NCBI GenBank assembly: GCA_039801565.1
Contig: JBDRUX010000020.1
Location: 5,969-30,153 of the forward strand
Source: a candidate division WOR-3 bacterium
Lineage (GTDB): Bacteria > Hydrothermota > Tepidihabitantia > Tepidihabitantales > JAOUPE01
Direction of reading: 5' to 3'
DNA: 24,185 nucleotides
Shown one piece after another: positions 1-8,474 of the stretch (position 1 is its first letter; the number at the start of each line of letters is the position of its first letter). A program made the position numbers and the translations under genes. A model generated the notes under the pieces. That model had not been told where the DNA came from. It searched no databases and saw only the letters and a list, made by a program, of their open reading frames with translations.

Positions 1-601
1 CAAGGTCAGCATTAGTAACCTCACGGTCAGCAATCTTTGCCGAATTGACCGCATTATTAGCAATCGTCGGATTGGGATAAGTTCCAGTCAAATCACCGCC
101 CGCCGGACCAGTTGGCGCACTACCACCAGCCGTTGTCGCATAACTGGCACTATCGGCTTTTCTGGACAAATAAGCATAAGCCGAACTGACAATTCGAATT
201 CTTGGTGTCATCGCTGGATTGGGATTGACTTGCATCTCTAAATATAAGTTGGCATCGGTTGGAATATAAGGAATTGGAGTTACAATGCCTAATAAACAAT
301 TGAATAAACCGGTATTAGTTTGAATATTCTGAGTTTCATTCCAATAAGCAGTGCCACCGGTTGAATCAGTAAAAAGTCGGAAAGTTATGGAATAAATACT
401 ATCAATTACCGGTGTTCCAGTTTCATCAGTCAGTTTACCTTGATAGTTAAGCATTAAAGGTATCGAGAGGATTTCTGGTGAATCAATCGCTTTTGATTGA
501 GTCTGGATATTGATTATAGGATTTTGAGAATTGATTGGAGTAGTTTTAACAGCCCAAACCAGTGTAAGGGCTATGATGATTGTTATGATATAGCGGTTCA
601 T
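1..601 (-). CDS. Secreted fibre/adhesin-like protein L4 (partial, runs off the left edge); paralog of 5647..8301
   Basis: Missing from the ORF track. ATG at 601 with AAGGAGG RBS. Reads MNRYIITIIIALTLVWAVKTT...IPLMLNYQGKLTDETG...YLEMQVNPNPAMTPRIRIVSSAYAY...GGDLTGTYPNPTIANNAVNSAKIADREVTNADL, open to the window edge. Confidence 0.9.
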   Translation of the reverse strand, partial: MNRYIITIIIALTLVWAVKTTPINSQNPIINIQTQSKAIDSPEILSIPLMLNYQGKLTDETGTPVIDSIYSITFRLFTDSTGGTAYWNETQNIQTNTGLFNCLLGIVTPIPYIPTDANLYLEMQVNPNPAMTPRIRIVSSAYAYLSRKADSASYATTAGGSAPTGPAGGDLTGTYPNPTIANNAVNSAKIADREVTNADL

Positions 602-685
602 AAATCCTCCTTTTTGAGTTAATGGTTTGTTTTAGGTCAAAAAATCTAATAACAAACCTTTAAACAAACCGTTTATCACACCGCT

Positions 686-714
686 ATATTATTCTAAGTC
701 GGTTCGTTTGTCAA
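686..714 (-). promoter_or_regulatory. sigma70-type promoter of module D
   Basis: TTGACA (709-714), 17 bp spacer, TAATAT (686-691). Same arrangement at 8393-8421. Confidence 0.75.
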
Positions 715-716
715 AT

Positions 717-750
717 AAAAAAACTGGGCTAGATTTAACCAGCCCAGTTG
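717..750 (-). terminator. Intrinsic terminator after S3
   Basis: Stem AACTGGGCT/AGCCCAGTT (722-730, 741-749) followed by a T-run on the minus strand, just past the stop at 767. Confidence 0.85.
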
Positions 751-766
751 AGTTATAATTCTTTAT

Positions 767-1363
767 TTAGTGGGTTAAGAGAAGCTTTCTTATCTTCTGA
801 TAGTCGTCGGCTTGGAATTTGAGAAAATAGATACCAGAGGCGAGTCTTTTACCAGCATTGTCATCACCGTGCCAGTTGATTGTATAAATACCGGATTTCA
901 TATTGCCGTAAGCCAGGGTTTTTACAACTCTGCCAGTCAAATCATAGATTAAAAGTTTAGTAAAAGCATTCTCCTTTAGCGAGAAAAGAATCCTTGTCTT
1001 ATAAGCAAAAGGATTGGGTTGAGGAGTATATAATTTTGTTTCGAGTTGATTCCGATTTGGCATCATTTCGGGTTCTTCGATTCCAACTTGGGGTTCAGGC
1101 TGCCAGAAACCGATGAATGCTTGAAAGTTGGTTGTGGTTAAATGACCGATTGCAGTTTGACCGACTGAGACTTTAGTTTGAAAATCAGTTGAACTTAAAA
1201 ATCCGCCACCGGCAGCAAAGACATTCCAGTCGCAGCGATATTGTCCAAAACATAGTGAAGAGAGAAGAGTGAGGAGTGAGCAGTAGAAAAGTACTGACAT
1301 TCTTTTTGGCTGTTGGAACGAACGATTCCATATTCCACATTCCATATTCCGAATTCTAATCAT
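767..1363 (-). CDS. Small secreted protein S3: GGG/GQ/GFW beta-rich domain plus FlgD-Ig/T9SS type A-like C-terminal sorting domain
   Basis: Signal peptide ending CFG-Q. WNVFAAGGG..VSVGQ..IGFWQ domain. PNPF..LLIYDLTGRVVKTL..WHGDDNAGKRLASGIYFLK..KLLL sorting-domain signature. AGGAG RBS. Confidence 0.85.
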   Translation of the reverse strand: MIRIRNMECGIWNRSFQQPKRMSVLFYCSLLTLLSSLCFGQYRCDWNVFAAGGGFLSSTDFQTKVSVGQTAIGHLTTTNFQAFIGFWQPEPQVGIEEPEMMPNRNQLETKLYTPQPNPFAYKTRILFSLKENAFTKLLIYDLTGRVVKTLAYGNMKSGIYTINWHGDDNAGKRLASGIYFLKFQADDYQKIRKLLLTH

Positions 1364-1372
1364 AGCTTCTCC

Positions 1373-4300
1373 TTATTCTTTTATTTCAGGTTTAGGTGGA
1401 TTTTTCATTCGCTCGTAGCGTTCTCTTGCAGCTGAGGTACGGAAATCGAACTGACCACCACAACCCATTCTATCCAGTTGTTCCTTTGTTACAACCAGGA
1501 AATCATCATCCAGCATTCTTCCTTTTAGTCCGCCATCTTTCAATTGTTCAACTGGCATCAGGATTTTGGTGATTTTGGCTGACTGGTCCTTGCGGGCACC
1601 AGTAACAATCCAGTTGACTTTAGTCCCTGGCTTGCCACCAATTATAAATTTGTTATCGTTCACTTCTTCGGCGAGGTATATTTCATAAGTGCCAACCCCA
1701 GTAAGAACGACTTGAGGATTCTCATTCAAGGCGGAAAAGTAATCGGGTAGGTGGACAACCACTTTGCCATCAGGACCGATTGTAGCAACTCCTCGATAGA
1801 TGTTCACCATTTCTGGTGATTCTACGAAGTAGTGGTTTAAGATCTTATTATAGGGGTCTAAGGGATGGTCAATGGTAAAAGTTCCTGATACCTTGGAAAG
1901 TATGCCAACTCGTGTTTCACCAGAAGCGGTTGCGGTCTGACCATTAAAGGCAGCGGAGTTGGAATAAGAAGCAGGAACTACTGAAAAGACGTTTGTGGTA
2001 AAGCTGCTGTTAGCAGCTGAAGTATCATAGGCGCCGCCAGCAACTGTTGCATACATGCCGCTGGCTGTGTTCTGCGCACCACCGCCAACAGTGGCATTGT
2101 TACCGGAGGCTACATTGCTATAGCCACCGGCAATTGTGGCAGATGAGCCATCGGCGGTGTTGCCTGCTCCGCCGCCAACCGTGGCATAATATCTACTTGC
2201 CGTGTTGGACATACCACCACCAACCGTGGCATCGTGATCTGAGGCAGTGTTGTTCCTACCACCACCAACCATAGCATAATTGCCGTTAGCCAAATTGCAA
2301 TACCCGCCGCCAATTGTAGCATAATCGTAGCTTGCCGTGTTGGACGCACCACCACCAACCGTGGCATCTTGACCTGAGGCGGTGTTATTACCACCTCCGG
2401 AAACTGTGGCGAACTGGCCTGAGGCGGTATTTTGATAGCCGCCGGCAACCGTAGCAGAATAGCCGCTCGCATTGTTGACATAGCCACCACCAACCGTGGC
2501 ATCTTGACCTGAGGCGGTGTTATTACCACCTCCGGAAACTGTGGCGAACTGACCTGAGGCGGTGTTTTGATAGCCGCCGGCAACCATAGCACCCCCGCCA
2601 CTTGCCTTGTTGCACCAGCCGCCAGCAACCGTGCAGTAACCATTGTTCCCTCCCGATAATCCAGTTGTGCAGGCAACTCCAAGGTTAGTATGGGTGTAGC
2701 GATAATTGCCGTAAAGCATATTGTTAGAACCGCCACGGGCAATACCAAGTTGTCTTATTGTGTAAAGTACACTGTCCGGCGTTCCACGTACCCAGGCGTC
2801 ATCTCTCTGACCAACACTGTCATTGGCTGGCGCCCAAGTCGAACCAGTCCATTTCAGAACTTGGCCCGAAGTTGCGCCCATCTGATTCAGGTCGAATCCA
2901 GTTATAGCACCGTCAGCAATCTTTGCCGAATTTACTGCATTATTAGCAATTGTCGGATTCGGATAAGTGCCGGTCAAGTCGCCACCCGCAGACTGTCCTT
3001 CGTTAATGTAAAGCTGAGTAAGAGTTTGCGTGCCTTCATAAAGGTTGGTAGCGACGCCCATTCGACCATAGTCAGCAGACGAAGTCAAAAATGACGATGC
3101 ATGATAACCATCCAATAGGTCAGCATTGAAATTAGTGACCACCGAACCAGTACCAGCGAGTTTGGTGTCGCTAATACCAGCCAAGTTAGCGATATCACTA
3201 TTCATAATCGTACCATCAACAATCATCGAACTGGTAATTGAATTTGTCTGACCCGAACGGACAAAACCGGTCGTATCCTTGCCTTGTAACCGATGGCTAT
3301 TACTTGCTACCCGCGCACTGTCAACACTGGTTGGTAAATAACGGACATAATCAGCTGTATCCGAATAGGGTGCTTTAAAATTAGCCGAAACATCGGCTCT
3401 CACAATTGTGCCATCAAGGATTTTATCACTGGTTACAGCATTGGTACCAATATCAGCATTATTAATCGCCCCGTCTTGTATCTTCTCGCTCGTCACTGCA
3501 TTGTTAACGATTGACAGAGTTCCCGGAATGGTTCCCGTTACATCTCCAACCGCAGTATGGTTATGATTAATTTGTGCATATTTGTCAGTCAAGCGGGTAG
3601 TACCTTCAAATAAGTCAGTAGCAACACCACTTCGACCAAAGTCCGTTACCGAGGTTAAAAATGCTGAAGCGTGATTACCATCCAAAAGGTCAGCATTAAG
3701 GTTATTAACTAAGTTACCGGTGCCAGCAATTTTCGTATCACTAATTCCTGCCGCTTGAGAAATGTCGTCATTTACAATCGTGCCATTCACTATCATCTCA
3801 CTATTAATCGAATTCATTTCGCCAACATTCACATAATCCGCATCATGATTGTGACTGGCTGAAGCAAATGCAGTGGTATCTTTACCCTGCAGTTTATGAG
3901 AATTACCTGTTATCCTTGCACTATCTGAAGCCGGAGCAAGACGAGCGTAATCAGCAGTATCGGAGTAGGGAGCTTTAAAATCAGGGGCGACATCTTGCCG
4001 AACGATTGTGCCATCCTGAATTTTTGTTGAGATAATTACATCATTTCCTATCTCATCGGTTTCTAATGGTGGTGTTAAGGGTCGGGTTACTGGTAGAAAC
4101 GATAAGTCCTCAAATTGAATTGTGCTGTCTTGAATCTTATCAGTAGTTACAGCATCAGATGCCAGTTTTTGATTAGTAATCGCATTATCACTGATCTCAG
4201 TCGAATTAATTGGCGGTGTGATGGGACGGATGGCATGAGCATAATTAGCACTGTCCGCTTTTCTTGCAACATAAGCATAAGCTGAGCTAACAATTCTTAT

Positions 4301-4720
4301 CCTTGGTGTCATCGGTGGGTTCGGATTAACTTGCATCTCAAGATAACAATTGCCATCCGCTGGAACATACGGAATTGGCGTAATATCGCCTAAAACCGTA
4401 TTGAAAAACCCATTCCTAACCCAAACTGTTTTTGTCTCGGTCCAAAAGGCGGTTCCACCGGTCGGTGAAGTATAAAGTCCAAAGGTTATTGAGTAACTGG
4501 AGTCTCGAACCGGATTTCCTATCATATCAGTCAGCTTACCTTGATAATTGAACATCATAGGAATCGCGAGTGGTTCTTTAGCATCGTGCGGCATACCTAT
4601 CGTCTTAGAATTGACAACCTTTATCACCGGCTCAACTATTCCATAACCATTAACCGAACTTTTTGTCGCCCAAGACAAAGAAAGGACGACCGCAATAACG
4701 ATTAAAAAACGAAGAGTCAT
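1373..4720 (-). CDS. Secreted fibre/adhesin-like protein L3 with 15-aa repeats and a C-terminal DHPLDP/ESP domain
   Basis: ORF track starts at 4747, but ATG 4720 follows AAGGAGG and begins a signal peptide. NYQGKL N-domain, AVTxxKIxD repeats, a duplicated internal block, 14x ATVGGGxxNTAS repeats, C-terminal FTIDHPLDP..FVESPE. Confidence 0.85.
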   Translation of the reverse strand: MTLRFLIVIAVVLSLSWATKSSVNGYGIVEPVIKVVNSKTIGMPHDAKEPLAIPMMFNYQGKLTDMIGNPVRDSSYSITFGLYTSPTGGTAFWTETKTVWVRNGFFNTVLGDITPIPYVPADGNCYLEMQVNPNPPMTPRIRIVSSAYAYVARKADSANYAHAIRPITPPINSTEISDNAITNQKLASDAVTTDKIQDSTIQFEDLSFLPVTRPLTPPLETDEIGNDVIISTKIQDGTIVRQDVAPDFKAPYSDTADYARLAPASDSARITGNSHKLQGKDTTAFASASHNHDADYVNVGEMNSINSEMIVNGTIVNDDISQAAGISDTKIAGTGNLVNNLNADLLDGNHASAFLTSVTDFGRSGVATDLFEGTTRLTDKYAQINHNHTAVGDVTGTIPGTLSIVNNAVTSEKIQDGAINNADIGTNAVTSDKILDGTIVRADVSANFKAPYSDTADYVRYLPTSVDSARVASNSHRLQGKDTTGFVRSGQTNSITSSMIVDGTIMNSDIANLAGISDTKLAGTGSVVTNFNADLLDGYHASSFLTSSADYGRMGVATNLYEGTQTLTQLYINEGQSAGGDLTGTYPNPTIANNAVNSAKIADGAITGFDLNQMGATSGQVLKWTGSTWAPANDSVGQRDDAWVRGTPDSVLYTIRQLGIARGGSNNMLYGNYRYTHTNLGVACTTGLSGGNNGYCTVAGGWCNKASGGGAMVAGGYQNTASGQFATVSGGGNNTASGQDATVGGGYVNNASGYSATVAGGYQNTASGQFATVSGGGNNTASGQDATVGGGASNTASYDYATIGGGYCNLANGNYAMVGGGRNNTASDHDATVGGGMSNTASRYYATVGGGAGNTADGSSATIAGGYSNVASGNNATVGGGAQNTASGMYATVAGGAYDTSAANSSFTTNVFSVVPASYSNSAAFNGQTATASGETRVGILSKVSGTFTIDHPLDPYNKILNHYFVESPEMVNIYRGVATIGPDGKVVVHLPDYFSALNENPQVVLTGVGTYEIYLAEEVNDNKFIIGGKPGTKVNWIVTGARKDQSAKITKILMPVEQLKDGGLKGRMLDDDFLVVTKEQLDRMGCGGQFDFRTSAARERYERMKNPPKPEIKE
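2009..2638 (-). repeat. 14 tandem 45-bp (15-aa) coding repeats xATVGGGxxNTASGx
   Basis: Counted from the translation. 2349-2450 and 2484-2585 are near-identical DNA (2 mismatches seen). Confidence 0.9.
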
Positions 4721-4813
4721 TCTACCTCCTTTCATATAATTAAGCAATTGAAAACTAATTGGTTAGATGTGCGGAACTTTCTAAACACCAACACAAACGT
4801 TGAGAATTACAGA

Positions 4814-4829
4814 AGCAAGAATTATGCCA
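4814..4829 (-). promoter_or_regulatory. sigma54 (-24/-12) promoter of module C
   Basis: TGGCATAATTCTTGCT, with GG-N10-GC spacing. IHF-like TTTCAATGCATTA at 4854-4866. Inverted repeat at 4924-4948. Confidence 0.65.
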
Positions 4830-4970
4830 CAGCTTAATTTGTATCCCTATAATTTTCAATGCATTACGATGCGGAATTTTAGAGCCTTTAAAAATACAGA
4901 TTGGGACAGTTAAGGTCTTTTTTTAACTCGTTTTATTCTAATGAGTTATAAAGTGCGACTACTGATTTGA

Positions 4971-5008
4971 AAAATTAAAATGGGGCTGGTTATAACCAAC
5001 CCCATTTT
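4971..5008 (-). terminator. Intrinsic terminator after S2
   Basis: Minus strand AAAATGGGGTTGGTT-AT-AACCAGCCCCATTTT followed by a T-rich tract. Confidence 0.8.
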
Positions 5009-5026
5009 GATGGCTTGATTTTATAA

Positions 5027-5623
5027 TTAGTGGGTTAAGAGAAGCTTTCTTATCTTCTGATAGTCGTCGGCTTGGAATTTGAGAAAATAGATACCAGAGG
5101 TGAGTCTTTTACCAGCATTGTCATCACCGTGCCAGTTTATTGTATAGATACCGGATTTCATATTGCCGTAAGCCAGGGTTTTTACAACTCTGCCAGTCAA
5201 ATCGTAGATTAAAAGTTTAGTAAAAGCATTCTCCTTTAGCGAGAAAAGAATCCTTGTCTTATGGGCAAAAGGATTGGGTTGAGGAGTATATAATTTTGTT
5301 TCGAGTTGATTCCGATTTGGCATCTTTTCGGGTTCTTCGATTCCAACTTGGGGTTCAGGCTGCCAGAAACCGATGAATGCTTGGAAGTCAGTTGTCGTTA
5401 GATGACCGATTGCAGTTTGACCGGCCGAGACCTTAGTTTGAAAATCGGTTGAGCTTAAGAATCCGCCACCGGCAGCAAAGACATTCCAGTCGCAGTGGTA
5501 TTGTCCAAAACATAGTGAGCAGAAAGCAGTGAGAAGTGAGCAGTAAAAAAGTACAAGTAATCCTTGAGGCAGTTTGAGAGAAAAATTCCGCATTTCGCAT
5601 TCCGGATTTCGAATTCTAACCAT
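5027..5623 (-). CDS. Small secreted protein S2 (GFW domain + sorting domain)
   Basis: Paralog of S3, with 6 differences in the 158-aa predicted mature part. AAGGAGG RBS. Confidence 0.85.
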   Translation of the reverse strand: MVRIRNPECEMRNFSLKLPQGLLVLFYCSLLTAFCSLCFGQYHCDWNVFAAGGGFLSSTDFQTKVSAGQTAIGHLTTTDFQAFIGFWQPEPQVGIEEPEKMPNRNQLETKLYTPQPNPFAHKTRILFSLKENAFTKLLIYDLTGRVVKTLAYGNMKSGIYTINWHGDDNAGKRLTSGIYFLKFQADDYQKIRKLLLTH

Positions 5624-5646
5624 CGTTCCTCCTTTAGCGTTCTTCG

Positions 5647-8301
5647 TTACTTATTTCTCTGTGGTTTCATTTTGATGTGGTGTCTCAGGTCTTCTGATTT
5701 AATTTCTTTAAAATCTGTGTCTGGCTCTAACTTTTCTAATCGCACATTTTCATATCCTTTGCGTTTTGCTACTACCCGATAAGTGAAATGGGCATTGGAT
5801 GTGCCATTGTTAAGTTCAATCACCGAAAAACCAGTATTTCCTCGTTTAACATAGACACCGTTGCAGTTATCATTCAGTTGCACAAACACCTTCATTGGAT
5901 GTTCTTCGGAGATGGTTACGGTTTTAAGAAAGGTAGGGTCGAGTTGAATATCTGCTTTGCCTTGTTTTAACTGTCCTTCGCCAAAATCCTCAAACCAGAC
6001 TTCCGGGCTTTCCTGGCAGTAGACCAGTCGCTGTTCGTTTTCATCAATTTTAACCACAGCATTTTTTGACCCATATACATAGAAATTTCCTCCCACTTGC
6101 ACGTGGCCGACAAAAGTGCCAGCCCAATTGTCTCCCTCGAAATATCCGGCAGAAGATCCGTAACCATTCGCAACCCCATAAACTCCTCTAGCATTTGACG
6201 TAGCAGAAGCCCAGCCATAAACGCCAATCTCAGTGCCCTTGCCATAAACGCCAAACTCAGTGCCCTCGCCATAAACGCCGGTATTAGTACTACTGCTGCC
6301 ACTACTCCTAAACCAACCACCGTATGCAGTGCCACTTCCTGAGTGGCTTGCAGTTCCATAAACTCCATAGATTGTGCTACTGGAACTCACTGAACCACTA
6401 GCACTGCTGTAAACGCCGTATCTCGTGCCAGTACCACCACTTATGTAGAACCTACCACCGTATCCAATGCCAGGACCGGTGTGTGTACCATAACCATCGA
6501 CCCCGCAGACAGAAGCTGAACCAGATGAACTGTATGCAGAGCCACGAACGCCAGTCCTATCGGCAGTACCGGTGCCGGTTGCCTCAAAACTGCCACCATA
6601 CACATAACCATTACCCGAGTGATAAACCTGTCCGTAATATGCATAGGCTGGGTCAGAAGAACTGGACGGAGCCGTAACATCGCTATAAACTCCATACCTT
6701 CTACCATAACCATCGCCAGTGACATTGAAGTAACCACCGTAGCCCCAGCCGGACCCAGAAGAGATTGAAGTTTTTCCATAGAAACCATAAGCGGGAGCAG
6801 AACCTGAGTTTGAACTTGTCACATTCACGCCAAAGACAGTATCTGCCAGTGAACCCAAAGCGTTACTTTTTACTCCGTATTTCGCGCCAGCACCAGACCC
6901 GCTGGCATTAAAGAAACCGCCAAAGGTTTGACCAGAACCACTATTAGAACAAGAACCATAAACACCAAAGCCCGAATCAGTCGCAGCTGAAGAAGGTGAA
7001 GCGGAACCACGAACTCCATACATTTTGCCAGGACCTGCCACAAAGCTATTGACACCGTATCTGGTCCCAGTGCCACCTCCAGCAGCATAGAAGTTGCCAC
7101 CATAAGCTGTGCCGGTCCCGTCGCTCATACCGCTTGCATAGATTCCGGTCGCGCCGCTACTTGAACCGGATGGACAGGAAACCTGTGTCCAAACACCATA
7201 TCTGGCACAATTGCCAGTACCACCAACATAAAACTGTGCTCCGTAAGCTCCACCGGTTCCGGCATTGAGTACCGAATCCACCAATCCATTGATTTGGGAC
7301 GATGTATTACGGTCAAGTTTCATCAAAAGTCCTCGGTCAATGGTGGTAGTTGTCCAAGCCTCACCAAGATGATTGTGCGGACCAGGCGCCACATTACCCC
7401 AAGTCGGCGGTGTTGAAGAACCAGTAGAAATAATCGCTTGACCTGCTGAAGAACCAACCGGACTGATTTTAGGCAAAGTGACATTGGCATCAGTAATCTT
7501 TGAAGTGGTAACCGCATTTTCGGCAAGGTCAGCATTAGTAACCTCACGGTCAGCAATCTTTGCCGAATTGACCGCATTGTTGGCAATCGTCGGATTAGGA
7601 TAAGTCCCAGTCAAATCACCGCCTGCCGGACCGACTGGCGGACCACCGGCGCTGTCATTTCTCGGTGCCCAAGTAGTTCCAGTCCACTTTATCACTTGTC
7701 CAGCTGTTGCACCTGATTGGTCTATCTTACTCATTGTCACCGCACCATCTTTTATCTTACCGGCAATAATCGTTGTATCTCTAATCTCAGCACTATAAAT
7801 TGGCGGAGTGATTGGTCTTGTGGTTGGGGCACTTGAAGCATAATTGGCACTATCAGCTTTTCGTGATTGATAAGCATAAGCCGAACTGACAATCCTGACT
7901 CTTGGTGTCATTGCTGGATTGGGATTGACCTGCATCTCCAAATAACAGTTGCCAGCCTGTGGTATTGAATCAATCGGATTTAGAGAACCTAAAAGGACAT
8001 TAAAAAGCCCATTGCTTGTCTGGACATTTTGCGTCTCATTCCAAAAAGCAGTACCACCACTGGTAACAGTAAAGAGCCGAAAGGTTATCGAATAAGTGCT
8101 ATCCGGCACTGGATTACCCGTCGCATCAGTCAGTTTGCCTTGGTAGTTGAGCATTCGGGGAATCGTTAACATTTCGGGTGAATCAATCGCTTTTGATTGA
8201 GTCTGGATATTGATTATTGGATTTTGAGAATTGATTGGAGTAGTTTTAACAGCCCAAACCAGTGTAAGGGCTATGATGATTGTTATGATATAACGGTTCA
8301 T
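5647..8301 (-). CDS. Secreted fibre/adhesin-like protein L2 with Gly/Tyr-rich shaft and a C-terminal ESPEVWFEDFG domain
   Basis: Signal peptide, NYQGKL domain, YGVYG/YGGxF repeats. C-terminus KNAVV..QESPEVWFEDFG..YRVVAKRKGYE resembles phage tail-protein C-termini. Confidence 0.85.
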   Translation of the reverse strand: MNRYIITIIIALTLVWAVKTTPINSQNPIINIQTQSKAIDSPEMLTIPRMLNYQGKLTDATGNPVPDSTYSITFRLFTVTSGGTAFWNETQNVQTSNGLFNVLLGSLNPIDSIPQAGNCYLEMQVNPNPAMTPRVRIVSSAYAYQSRKADSANYASSAPTTRPITPPIYSAEIRDTTIIAGKIKDGAVTMSKIDQSGATAGQVIKWTGTTWAPRNDSAGGPPVGPAGGDLTGTYPNPTIANNAVNSAKIADREVTNADLAENAVTTSKITDANVTLPKISPVGSSAGQAIISTGSSTPPTWGNVAPGPHNHLGEAWTTTTIDRGLLMKLDRNTSSQINGLVDSVLNAGTGGAYGAQFYVGGTGNCARYGVWTQVSCPSGSSSGATGIYASGMSDGTGTAYGGNFYAAGGGTGTRYGVNSFVAGPGKMYGVRGSASPSSAATDSGFGVYGSCSNSGSGQTFGGFFNASGSGAGAKYGVKSNALGSLADTVFGVNVTSSNSGSAPAYGFYGKTSISSGSGWGYGGYFNVTGDGYGRRYGVYSDVTAPSSSSDPAYAYYGQVYHSGNGYVYGGSFEATGTGTADRTGVRGSAYSSSGSASVCGVDGYGTHTGPGIGYGGRFYISGGTGTRYGVYSSASGSVSSSSTIYGVYGTASHSGSGTAYGGWFRSSGSSSTNTGVYGEGTEFGVYGKGTEIGVYGWASATSNARGVYGVANGYGSSAGYFEGDNWAGTFVGHVQVGGNFYVYGSKNAVVKIDENEQRLVYCQESPEVWFEDFGEGQLKQGKADIQLDPTFLKTVTISEEHPMKVFVQLNDNCNGVYVKRGNTGFSVIELNNGTSNAHFTYRVVAKRKGYENVRLEKLEPDTDFKEIKSEDLRHHIKMKPQRNK

Positions 8302-8392
8302 AAGACCTCCTTTTTGAATTAATGGTTTGTTTTAGGAACGGTGTGACAGGATCTTAAAACAAACCTTTGAATAAACCGTTTATCACACCACT

Positions 8393-8421
8393 ATATTAAG
8401 CTAAACTGGTTACTTAGTCAA
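8393..8421 (-). promoter_or_regulatory. sigma70-type promoter of module B
   Basis: TTGACT (8416-8421), 17 bp spacer, TAATAT (8393-8398). Boxes are conserved with module D while the spacer has diverged. Confidence 0.75.
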
Positions 8422-8423
8422 GC

Positions 8424-8458
8424 AAAAAAAACTGGGCTGGATAAATCCAGCCCAGTTG
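8424..8458 (-). terminator. Intrinsic terminator after S1
   Basis: AACTGGGCTGGA/TCCAGCCCAGTT stem followed by a T-run on the minus strand. Confidence 0.88.
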
Positions 8459-8474
8459 AGTTATGATTCTTTCT

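Noticed and set aside
2047..3094. ORFs 2047..2274, 2110..2748, 2690..3094
   Set aside because: Shadow frames inside L3, caused by repeat-rich coding sequence.
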